Program-made: the position numbers and the translations under genes
DNA from: Octopus sinensis
Taxonomy: Eukaryota
DNA: 64,000 nucleotides
Assembly (NCBI RefSeq): GCF_006345805.1
Contig: NC_043000.1
Coordinates: 84,134,001-84,198,000 of the forward strand
Direction of reading: 5' to 3'
The notes under the pieces: model-generated
Databases searched by the model: none
What the model was told of the DNA's origin: nothing
What the model saw: only the letters and a program-made list of their open reading frames with translations
Shown here: positions 52,272 to 64,000 of the stretch, piece by piece
Position numbering within the stretch: position 1 is the first letter of the stretch
Layout of the letters: every line of letters starts with the position of its first letter

Positions 52272-53044
52272 AACAATATAAAGAAAAATGGAGAATACAT
52301 ACATAAGATAATCAATTTATTTATTAATTATCATAGACAATTCATATTGCCTACGCGGCGTTTCAGTTTTTTGTTCCATCCAAATTTTCACATTATGAAG
52401 TTAAAAGCAAAAACCTCCTCAGGGCAAATTGGCTTTCACTTCTTTCACATCCTAACGGATGGAGAGTTTATTTCAGTTGGAAAAAACTGGAATTTCAGAG
52501 GTATAAGGTATAAGGTACTAATATAGAAGAACCAACGATAAACGTTAGTACATATGCACATATAGAACTTCCAATTTCGTTAATCGATAAAGAGCTAAAC
52601 TGGTGTAAGCTTGGATAACCTCTTTCCATACAAACTTATATATGTGTGTTGTGTATGTGTGTGTATATGTTTGTATGTATGTACGTATGTATGTATGTAT
52701 GTATGTATGTATGTATGTATGTATGTATGTATGTATGTATGTACGTATGTATGTATGTATGCATGTATGTATGTACGTACGTACGTACGTACGTACGTAC
52801 GTACGTACGTATGTATGTATGTAAGTATGTATGTATGTATGTATAAGTATACCAACCCTAAAACATACATATATTTCCTGAAAAATCTTATTGCCTTGCA
52901 TCATTCCCAGTGGCGGTGTTTTGGTGCGAAGGGACATAATTCTTAGCCTAACCCTTGTTCGGTTCGCTACGTCGCCTTCTTTCAGCAACCTCAAACCTGG
53001 TGTCTTTTTACCTACCACAATAGAGAGTAACCGCCATATTTTCA

Positions 53045-53175
53045 TCCATAACTGCCATGTCTGAAGAGCGCAGGATTACTTAATCGAACTGTTATTTAAC
53101 ACCCCAATGAACCCCAAGTGCGAAACCGATTAATAAGAACGGATGTAATGGCTATATAATACTGTACATTTCGAT
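53045..53175 (+). repeat. Dispersed repeat with hammerhead-like core and long stem II insert (copy 1)
   Basis: Homologous to 58672-58801; CTGAAGA at 53061, GAAAC at 53122, GCCAT/ATGGC flanks. Confidence 0.6.
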
Positions 53176-53270
53176 TAATATACGTGTGTATGTGTATTTA
53201 TATATTTGTATGTATGTATATATGTATATATATATGTATGTATGTGTGTGTGTGGTATATATATATATGC

Positions 53271-53324
<54 letters not shown>

Positions 53325-54796
53325 CATATTTATGTATGTATGCATATATATTACACGAACACACACAACACACACAATAATACATATATTTTGTGTATGT
53401 ATGTGTGAGTGTGTGTGTGTCTGTGTGTGTGTGTGTGTGTGTATGAGTGTGTGCGCGTGCGCAGTTAGATTTTAATGCCCTTATACGATTTTACATTTGT
53501 CCAACTGTGGATTTGCTAGAATATACAGTAGAAATAATTTGTGAAAGAATTTATTAAATTTGTAAAGATATTTATTTCGGGGAATGTTAATTTCCAACAT
53601 GTCCAACGTCGTTATGGATATAAATGGTGTTGCAATTCTCAAGTTCTCGTAATGCGTTTTGTTGTTGATTGTCAATTATATTTCGAATTTTATAATCCTT
53701 TCTCGCCCATAAGTCATTTATAAAACGACATTGTAAGCAATAGTTTCTACATGTCCCCATCAAATAAAGTAATTATTTTTCTTTTAGAATGCATGAAGAA
53801 TGATATTTATTTTGCTGTATGTGTTTCACTTTACAAAGAGACAAAATAGTTGCATCAGGTTTGTAAATGTTCATGACAAGTTAATTCTCTCATAAAAATT
53901 TATGATTTAAAATGTAAAATTTCACAAAGATAAAAGACACACAAATGCATACAGAAACACATATGTAAACAAACACACATACGCACGCACACACACACAC
54001 ACACACGAAACACACACACACACACACGAAACACACACACACACACACACACACAATCACACACATAAACACACATGAGCCTGCATGCACACACATACAC
54101 ACATGTAGAACGATAGTTAAGTGTATAAATCGCTTATTATTTGACATAGATACACTCATGCTGTCACAGTAATATTGCTATTCAGAATCACATTTATATT
54201 CGTTGAAATACTCCGTTATATATTCCTGCCCAGAACTTACGTCATCAATCATAGACAAACAGCACATTACTATTTTGTTCCATAATCTGCCACTGAATGG
54301 TTCTTTCTGCATTAAAAACTGAAAATAAAATTTGTTTTGGAAGAATTTATAATTTACATATTTATCATTTTACTTGCGTACACGACACATATTTACGTAG
54401 TATGTATTTAATCACACAGACACACACACATACACACACTCACACATCACATATATACACACACACACACATTGATATAAGTGTGTATTTTATATGCATA
54501 TAGCAACATTTCCATTTTTCATTTTTACAATAATTAGTTTGCACCCATGATGCAACATACATTACAAGGTTTTAATTGATCATGTTAACCTCAATTCTCA
54601 TTCCAGTGTGGTACACACTTTGCCTATATCTATTTATCAAACTCCTAAATGAGAGACTTCAACACTTAGAAATAGGTACGGCACGCTTCAACAAATCCAC
54701 CCAAACCGAGCCTGTAATATAAGTCACTACCCAAATATTCCATGCACTGCAATTGAACCCAGAACACGGATGCGAAACAAACTTCTTGCCACATGG

Positions 54797-54827
<31 letters not shown>

Positions 54828-54989
54828 TGTATGTATGTATGAATGTATGTATGTATGTATGTATGTATGTATGTATGTATGTATGTATGTGTGTATATAC
54901 TATCTGGTGTATGTATGTATATGTATGTGTGTATATATTATCTGGTGTATGTATGTATGTATGTATGTATGTATGTATGTATGCACGTA

Positions 54990-56151
54990 TATACAAGCTG
55001 GTGTACCCGGTAATTCCCGGGGGTAAAGATGTTCTATTGAAACGCCTTCTTACTCTGCTATAAGAAAGAAATTTCATTATAACTGCACAAATGGTGTATT
55101 TTCCGTCACGAAAACGTACACGAAACTCTCAGCTGGAGGAGGGAGAGATTGTTGGAGGTTGGTGAGAGAGGTTGTGGGAGGTTGACGAGAAAGATTGTCG
55201 GAGGTTGGTGAGAAAGGTTGTCGGAGGTTGTCGAGAGGCAAAGGCGTTATTATGTTTAGTGAAGGCATCTGGGAAATGTATAACTGCTGTCATTCACAGA
55301 AAAGCTATTGTTTTGCCGTGAGAAAAGCGCTGTTGAAGTGCTAAGTAAAATTTGGCAATCGAGGATCGAATCCATGCTATGCCTGCATGAAGTCAATACA
55401 AATACGTTGTGGAATAAAAAAAATTACCTTCTGTCATGGAAAAAGTGTAACTGTAAAAATACAGAATTATCGGAGTAATTGACATTCATAAAAGTATGCA
55501 TGTATAGAAATGTATGAATGAAGTCTTTAATGTTTAAGATTCAAATTAAAGAAGTGCAATAATAATGTTTAGCAGTTCAAAACTGTGAGTAGTGAAAAGC
55601 AGAATTAAGTCGGCTGATCGTAAGAATCAAATATTGATCGCTTCGCTTAAAACTGTAGGTGGTATGGCTTATTTTCCTTGGATTGTTGAAATGAAATATT
55701 GGTAATATATAGTAGATAGAAGGATCCATTGGAAGGGCCCTGTTATCGATTTTTTTTTCATCAATCTAAGTATGTCATGAGGTTTCAAGACATGGGTTCT
55801 ACTCACGTGTCAAATAAAGTTTAAAATTGATATTGTCTGCAAAAATTAGAAATAGGACGCACAAAAAATCAATATTCAATGTAATCGAACATAAACAAGG
55901 AAATGGGTTATTTCCCTTGATTGTTGAAAAAAATTCCGTACAGTTCTATGGGTTATTTCCCTTGGGTATTTAAAAATAGTTATGTGAGGTAGATATAAAG
56001 GTCCCTTCCAGGAGCCGTATTATCGATTGTTTCAACAATCTAAGTATGTCACGAGGTTTCCAGACATGAGTTCTACACACGTGTCAAGTTCCATCAACAC
56101 CACAAACAACGCCACAAACAAACACACAGCGATTTTCAACATATATACTAG
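54990..56151 (+). mobile_element. Helitron-like non-autonomous element
   Basis: 5' TATACAAG..GTACCCGGTAATTCCCGGG; 3' ATATATACTAG followed by AT; internal ~21-bp and ~150-bp duplications; shares blocks with 57782-58645. Confidence 0.55.
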
Positions 56152-56246
56152 ATATACATTCATTTATTCTTTTATATATTTCAGCCCTAAGCCTGTAGCC
56201 TCGCTGGAGCACTGCCCCTGTACGTATGTATAAATATCTATCTATC

Positions 56247-56345
<99 letters not shown>

Positions 56346-56357
56346 TTATCTATTACC

Positions 56358-56462
<105 letters not shown>

Positions 56463-56701
56463 TATATATATATACATACATACATGCATACATACATGCA
56501 TACATACATAAATATATACATACATACATACATACATACATACATACACACATACATGCATACATACATACATACATACATACATACATACATACATACA
56601 TACATACATACATAATCTGTTATCAACCTATTTGTAATATTCAGTTTCACACCTTTAACGATGAGACCGAGGGCTTCCCATTTGGAGATGCCAGTAAAAA
56701 A

Positions 56702-57560
56702 AGTTTTCTGGGGGAGAATTAGGGACAAGATAAATCAAAACAAAACAAGCAAAACGACGCAGAGTGTGATTTAGGACGGTGGATGAAGACGAACACTCGA
56801 ACAAAATACGGTCTTGGGACAAGGAGACGAGAATAGTAGGTAACGCTTTGGAAATGTCTTGAAGGATGGAGGATGGAATTTGGTCAGCTACAGGACCAGT
56901 GTAAGAAAGGAAGAAAAAGTGGCCACTGGTCACGTTACAGCAACAGGCAGAGGAGAAAGACAGCAAGGAGGGTAAGCGACAGAGAAAAAATGGAAAGGAA
57001 AGAATTACGGACCTTATGTTTGTCTCGTGTTGTTTGTTTATACATTTTTATACAAATTTATACAAGTTTTTTATATACCCGTGTGGCTCTTTCTCTCTTG
57101 CCTTCATTCTTTCCCCTTTTCTTTCTCTCACCCTCTCACTTCAATTCCCCTTTTTCTTCCTTTCTTACATTGGTCCCGTAGTTGACTAGTCGCAAATTCT
57201 CTGCCTTTCCGTCGTCCATCCTTCAAGACATTTCCTAAGCGTTACCCTCTATTCTCGTCTCCTTGTCCCAGCGTTCAAGTGTTCGTCCTCATCCACCGTC
57301 CTAAATCACACTCTGTGTCGTTTTTCTTGTTTTGTTTTGTTTTGTTTGCTCTTGTCCTTAAATTCTCCACAAGAAAACAATTTTTGCGAGCACCGTTAAT
57401 TGTGAAGCATTCAGTCTTATTGTTAATGGTGCGAAATTGATTATTACCAAATGGTCGATAACAGATGAAGAATTACGGACCTCCTGTTTGTCTCCTGTTC
57501 GTTTTTACATTCAGTATGAGTTATGTAGCTTGTTTATTATATCTTTTTATTTATCAATGT
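56702..57560 (+). mobile_element. Inverted + direct terminal-repeat element with decayed hammerhead
   Basis: 56702-56922 is the diverged reverse complement of 57147-57378; AAGAATTACGGACCT block at 57000 and 57468; 10-bp stem (57390-99 / 57423-32) followed by GAAA and GGTC. Confidence 0.75.
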
Positions 57561-57579
57561 AACGCAACGCACACGAATT

Positions 57580-57636
<57 letters not shown>

Positions 57637-57729
57637 CATATATTATTACTATATATATATAATTATAAATCCACACACACATTCCATTTTACCATTTGTG
57701 TACACAAGTATGTATGTATCTCTCCCTCC

Positions 57730-57781
<52 letters not shown>

Positions 57782-57785
<4 letters not shown>

Positions 57786-58645
57786 TAGTTGCGCCGTACC
57801 CGGTAATTCCCTGGAAAGCGGGGCTTATCCCTTGGTTCCATTCTCATAATTGTTTCGCTAATGCAATAACAACAATACAAAATGTGTAGTCCTTAAAACG
57901 TTTTTTTGTGCATTACAGTGAATAGCAAACTGTCTTACACGGGATCTTATTTTTAGGAATTCCCAATAAATTATGAATACCAAAATTGTGAAGTCAGTTA
58001 TGTAATAACATGAACTTAGTTACCCGATAGTAAGAATTCAAATAAAGTAGCCCTGAAAAGGGCTATAATGCGTTCCCAGAGTATATGAAACTTAGGAGGA
58101 AATACTAATAAGGTATGTATACTAAAATGGTGAAGCATGTTACGTAATAACAGGCTAATCAGATATGAGATAATAACAAATCAAAGTAAATAACTCTGAA
58201 AAGGGCTTTTGTGCGTTCCCAGAGAATATTACCCTTAGGGGCGCTAGTGTCGGTATATTCATGAGTAAATCACTACCCGAAATAAGTGGATCTATTGTTT
58301 AGGAAAATACTATTTACTTGTTTAAGGGTTGTACTGGATAAATTTCGAAAATAACTCTAACAGATCAAATATAAAGAAATAAGAATATTTAATTTGATTT
58401 ACACCAAATGACTTAGGAAAATGAATGGGTCATTTCCCTTGGCTGTTAAAATTTGGGTGAATGGGTTATTTCCCTTAGGTGTTAAAATGAAATATATTAG
58501 ATATATATAAGCATCCCATTCAGGGATCCTTATATATTATCGATTTTTGCAACGTATGCCATGAGATTTCCAGACATGAGGAATATAGGAGTTAGCTAAC
58601 AACACCACAAACGTACCCAGAGACGGAATTTCCTATATATGCAGT
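57782..58645 (+). mobile_element. Helitron-like non-autonomous element (relative of 54990-56151)
   Basis: 5' ATACTAG..GTACCCGGTAATTCCC; shared TGGGTTATTTCCCTT and TATCGATTTT..TTTCCAGACATGAG blocks near the 3' end. Confidence 0.5.
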
Positions 58646-58671
58646 ATATGTATATATATATATATATATAA

Positions 58672-58801
58672 TCATAACTGCCATTTCTGAAGAGTGTAGG
58701 GTTACATAACTAAGTTGTTATCTAACACCCGTTAAATCTCTTGTGCGAAACCAATTCGTACGACCTGCCGTAATGGATGAATAACACAGTGTACTTCGAT
58801 T
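58672..58801 (+). repeat. Dispersed repeat with hammerhead-like core (copy 2)
   Basis: CTGAAGA at 58687 and GAAAC at 58747; homologous to 53045-53175. Confidence 0.6.
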
Positions 58802-58809
58802 TATAAATA

Positions 58810-60057
58810 TAGGAGGTTGGACAAAATAATGGAAGCACCAAGCATCATTATTTTCAAAATATCTATAAAATCATAAAAAAGCTTGTTTATTTTTGTTTTT
58901 TGATTTCTTATTAGTGTTGCTTAATATTTTTCGCTAAAAGTGCTGTTCTTTTCAGATGTCATCAGAAAACAGCTAATTAAAATCCATTAAAATGACAGTT
59001 CTATCGGACTTCCAAAGAGGTCAAATTGTTGGTGGTCGTATGGCAGGTTCTAGTGTAACAAAAACAGCCAAAATGTTTGGTGCATCATGAAGTACTGTCT
59101 TGAAAGTAATGACAGCCTTTGAGAAAGAAAGGAAAACCTCCTCATCGAAACAAATCTCTGGAAGAAAACCAAAACTTTCAGATTTGGACCGTCGGAATCT
59201 TACGCGAATTGATAGAAAGAATCACTGCATAGATTAATGACCACCTTGAGAACTCAGGTTCCACAAAAAAAATGTTCGCCGGGAGCTGCACAAAGCCGGA
59301 TTTGACGGGAGGGCTGCAATCAGAAAGCCCCTACTTTCAAAAACACACGTTGCAAAGCGTTTAGAGTGGAGTAAAAACCCACAGAATAGGTCCCTAGAGC
59401 AGTGTAAGAATGTCATTTTCACGGGCGAGTCATCCTTTACCTTATTTCCGACCACAGGCTGAGTATACATGTGGAGACAGCCAAAAGAAGCATTTGACCC
59501 AGACTGTCTTCTTCCGACTATTAAACATGTAGGAGGATATTTGATAATTGATAATCTGGGGACTATATCTTGGAAGTCCACCGACCTAATGGTTTCCCTT
59601 CATGGCAGAATTAATAATCAAGACTGTTTTAGCATTTAATCTGATCAAATTCATCTTATGGTTGCGGAACTGTTTCCAGAGGGAAATGCAATCTTTCAAG
59701 ATGATAATGCACCAATTCACACAGCTAAAGTTGTTACTGAATCGCACGAGAAACATTCTAGTGAAGTTGAACATGTTATCTGGCCACCACAGTCCCCAGA
59801 TTTCAATATTATTGAACATTGGTGCATTTTAGAAAAACAATTAAGGAGTCAATATCCTCCACCATCATCACTACAAGAACTGGGGACTGTTTTAGCTGAA
59901 GAATGGACAAAAATTCCTTTGGAAACAATTCAAACTTTGTACGAGTCCATACATCATAGAATTCAAGCTGTAATTACTACCAATGGCATTACTGCCCCCA
60001 TATTAAAATTATTTGTTTGAAATATTAAGGTGTCTCCATTATTTTGTCCAACCCCTA
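58810..60057 (+). mobile_element. Tc1-like DNA transposon, near full length, decayed transposase
   Basis: TIRs (T)AGGAGGTTGGACAAAATAATGGAAGCACC / GGTGTCTCCATTATTTTGTCCAACCCCT; transposase from ATG 58992 (LSDFQRGQIVG...SGRKPKLS) to FQDDNAPIH...WPPQSPDFNIIEH; stops and frameshifts. Confidence 0.93.
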
Positions 60058-60075
60058 CACACATACATATATGTG

Positions 60076-60134
<59 letters not shown>

Positions 60135-60245
60135 TAGATAGATAGATAGTAGATAGATAGATAGATAGATAGATAGATATATAGATAGATAGATACATAC
60201 ACACGCACACATATGTACATATATACACGCGCGCGCGCATATATA

Positions 60246-60794
60246 CGAGGGTGAGTCAATGCCATTTTGTTTAGAACAGGTATAATTACCAACACAGGAA
60301 CATGTATCATACATCAAAATAAAGCTGGTCCTCCGAGGATCACATCTCTACTTCTCAACATAGTCACCGTTTCTCTCAATAGCAATGTTCCACCTTTGAA
60401 TGATAGCATCTATCCCTGGTCCGTAAAATTCTGTTGACTCTTCTTTGAGTCACTTCTTTACTATAGTTCTTACTTCCGCGTCACTGGAATAATGTTTGCC
60501 TCTCAAACCCTCTTTCGTGGCGCCGAAGAGATGATAGTATGAAGGCGCTAAATATGGTGAGTGTGGAGGTAGTGAAGAAGTGGCTCAAAGAACAGTCAAC
60601 AGAATTTTACGGGCCAGGGATACATGCTCTCATTCAAAGGTGGAACATTGCTATTGAGAGAAACGGTGACTATGTTGAGAAGCAGGGATGTTATCCACAG
60701 AGAACCAGCTTCATTTTGGTGTATGATACATGTTCTTGTAGTGGTAATTATACTTGTCTTAGACAAAATTGCATTACTTTTTGACTCACCCTCG
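60246..60794. mobile_element. Palindromic mariner derivative built from two right ends
   Basis: TA|CGAGGGTGAGTCAA...TTGACTCACCCTCG|TA; both arms encode the transposase C-terminus (YHLFG...IQRWNIAIERNGDYVEK) in opposite orientations. Confidence 0.9.
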
Positions 60795-60848
<54 letters not shown>

Positions 60849-60856
60849 ACACACAC

Positions 60857-60897
<41 letters not shown>

Positions 60898-60903
60898 TCA
60901 TCA

Positions 60904-61697
60904 TGATGGGGTACACAAAAGAAACTGGAATTTTGCAACATTATTCACTTAGTTTTACATGTTTACACTTTCATCGTCTTCAAAGTGTTCTCTATCTGAC
61001 GCAATGTATCGGTCCAGACGCATTTTCCACAGTCTCCGGTTGTGCTGGATCTCCTGTGAAGTAATGCCTTTAAATGCCTCTGTTGTTTTTTTTCTTCATC
61101 TCTTCCACATCAACTTTCGTCGAAAAAAGGTCTGGATCAACTTCCAACTATTCTTACAGTTCACGACATGCATTCACTCGTAACTGTTTTTGATCTTCCG
61201 TGAGTAAGCGAGTTACAAATTTTGCTGCAACTCTTTTCATTCATAATTCTTCGCTCAAAAGTCGTAGGCGGGAGCTCCAGGACACACCAGTCATATCAAA
61301 AAGTTCGTCAATTATTTGGTGACTTCCCTCCAAGATCAGTTCATGAATTTGTATGATGTTTTCATTCGTTCGGGAGGTCGACGATCGCTCTGAACGAGGC
61401 TGGTCATCAAGCGACAAGTGACCAGTCCTTTTCTGCTCGTGGCAGCGTCCTTGTAAGCTGTTTGAAGTGGAAAACAATTTCACTAAAGCACGCTGTTCCT
61501 TCGTTTCAACCATCGCAAAAATCGACGAACAGGGGAGAAGCACTGCAAAAGAACGACGCATCACATGACAGTACGACGACGACGGTCAGCAGCCTGATGC
61601 TTGAGGATCGCACCAAGTGGTTCTAGCGGTGGAAGCCTGAACTACATCGGGTTTCTCCCACAGAGAACGTTTCCTGTTACTTTTGGGTACACCCTCG
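60904..61697 (-). mobile_element. Internally deleted mariner element
   Basis: Left TIR (minus strand) CGAGGGTGTACCCAAAAG, decayed inverse at 60904; transposase N-terminus MVETKEQRA..LDDQPRSERSSTSRTNENI. Confidence 0.82.
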
Positions 61698-61810
61698 TAT
61701 ATATATATATATATATATATATATGTAGGTCCCGGGTTGATCCGGGGTTAACCACAGTAAGTAAGGTACTCAATACATAGCAGAGTAAAATTAATTTATT
61801 ATATAGAAGG

Positions 61811-61861
61811 AGCTTCTACAGGACTAGTACTGTTTCATTCAAGAGAAATCTTCAGGAAGCT
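61811..61861 (-). ncRNA. Type I hammerhead ribozyme with closable stem III
   Basis: Minus strand reads AGCTTC CTGAAGA TTTC-TCTT-GAAT GAAA CAG-TACTAGTC-CTG T A GAAGCT; GUA triplet; predicted cut 61817/61816. Confidence 0.75.
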
Positions 61862-62009
61862 ATTTAACAAGAATTGTATTAGCATTTATACATTTAGGCA
61901 GGTTTAAAGGAGTGGTGGTGGGGGACTTTTTTGGGGGTAGGCAGAGCGCAAAATATCATACTTGGGGGGAGTGGTCAAGGAGTCAGTGGTAAGTTAGATG
62001 AAAGAATAG

Positions 62010-62148
62010 ATAAATAAAAAAAAAATAAAAAATAAAAAATAAAAAATAAAAAATAAAAAATAAAAAATAAAAAATAAAAAAATAAAATTAAAAAAAAAAA
62101 AAAATAAATAATAAATAAAAAAAAAAAAAATAAATTAAAAAAAATAAA
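62010..62148. repeat. (AAAAAT)n / A-rich tract
   Basis: Direct reading. Confidence 0.9.
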
Positions 62149-62149
62149 A

Positions 62150-62240
62150 TGTGTGCACATACATACATAAACACATATACATACACACACACATACGTAC
62201 ACATGTGTGCCTATACATACCTACACATACCTACACATAC

Positions 62241-62289
<49 letters not shown>

Positions 62290-62611
62290 ATCAAATACAG
62301 GCCCATTCCCTAATTTTCATTTTATTATCTTCATTTATTACTTTTGTTATCTTTGATCGCTAGGGCTAAGGATCCTGGCGATGGCAGCATGTCCAATTGT
62401 CTGTCTACTAGAAGGCAAGTACTCGTTCCCGCACGCACACTCATTAGCACGTACATACACCCATTCGTACACTCATACACATACACGTACGCACGCGTTA
62501 TATTCATACGTACAAACATCTACAAACGTTCACGTATATACACATACGTACTCGTACCTACAGATTCATGTCTACACTTTAGGAGGCTAGTCTATATATA
62601 TACACCAATAA

Positions 62612-62643
<32 letters not shown>

Positions 62644-63032
62644 ACGTATACACATACACACACCACACACACATATATTATATATATACTCCTACATACA
62701 GATACATACCATAATATATATACATATACACACCAATACATATACATATATATATATATATTACATACATATCATATATTATATAATATATATATATATA
62801 TATATATACATACATACACACACACACATATATATATATATACATACACACACATACATACACCTATATATACACACAAACATATATACACACATATATA
62901 TATATACATATATACACACATACATACACACACCTACATACATATACACACAAACACATACATACGTAAACATACATACATACATCCATACATCCATACT
63001 TACATGCATTTATACGCATACATACACCCCCA

Positions 63033-63081
<49 letters not shown>

Positions 63082-63600
63082 ATATATATATACACACACT
63101 CACAACATACATATACAAATATACGCCCACACATACACACATACACGTATACGCATACACGCACATACACATATACATGCGTACCCATACACGTGCACAC
63201 ACGCACATGCATCCATATATATACACACACACACACACATATATACACGTGTGTAAGCATACATACATACTCATACACGCACACATACTTACATATACAT
63301 ATATGCACACACTTACACACATATATATACATACACATATACGTGCATACATACATATATGCATACATACACATACACGCACATACACATATACACATGC
63401 GTACCCATACACGTGCACGCACGCACGCGCATCCATATATATACACACACACACATATATATACACGTGTGCAAGCATACATACATACTCATACACGCGC
63501 ACATACTTACATATACATATATGCACACACTTACACACATATATACATACACATATACATGCATACATACATATATGCATACATACACACACGCGCACTC

Positions 63601-63653
<53 letters not shown>

Positions 63654-63742
63654 CACATATATATATACATATATATACACAAACATATATATACACATAT
63701 ACACATACACATACATGCACACCTACACACACATACACATAC

Positions 63743-63783
<41 letters not shown>

Positions 63784-63867
63784 CATACACATATACACAT
63801 ACATATATACACACATACATACATATACATACACACACACATACACACATACACGGGTACACATACC

Positions 63868-63910
<43 letters not shown>

Positions 63911-64000
63911 GTATACACATGCATATACTTATATCTCTACATACTCACATATAAACATATATATATATACACACACACATATATATACATGTACACACAC
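62150..64000. repeat. Compound alternating purine-pyrimidine (TA/CA/TACA) low-complexity field
   Basis: Includes a ~220-bp internal duplication (CATGCGTACCCATACACGTGCAC near 63176 and 63396); source of the spurious 536-aa and overlapping ORFs. Confidence 0.92.

Noticed and set aside
52945-52990. CTGAAAGA-AGG...CC-GAAC on the minus strand
   Set aside because: The core has an extra base, GAAA is incomplete and no stems I or III form.
62344-63954. 536-aa ORF and overlapping long ORFs
   Set aside because: They arise from TA/CA/TACA repeats that lack stop codons in some frames; composition is almost only H/T/Y/I or C/V/M/Y with no domain.

Overview
A 64-kb stretch of AT-rich, microsatellite-dense, non-coding animal DNA. 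It is most likely from an octopus, inferred from the tRNA-derived SINE families and repeat landscape and not verified by any search. I can support no host protein-coding exon; nearly all ORFs in the track are simple-repeat artefacts or decayed transposon fragments. Transposable elements: a 5'-truncated Penelope-like element (PLE; RT + GIY-YIG) and a second PLE 3' remnant, R4/Dong-like LINE remnants, an L1/Tx1-like RT fragment, several Tc1/mariner and piggyBac derivatives, Helitron-like non-autonomous elements and about 12 tRNA-SINE copies. The most interesting signal is RNA-level: about 17 hammerhead-ribozyme (HHR) motifs, intact to decayed, in roughly 9 sequence families. The best case is a ~478-nt unit tandemly repeated at 13.9-15.1 kb, one type I HHR per unit, preceded by an inverted partial copy. 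A diverged relative at 46.2-46.75 kb carries a complete HHR whose stems differ in sequence but keep pairing. This matches a non-LTR retrozyme (candidate ribozyme-processed circular RNA), plausibly mobilised by PLEs such as the one at 1.1-4.0 kb, which itself ends in a U3-A8-type hammerhead. All ribozyme calls come from folding by eye and activity is untested.
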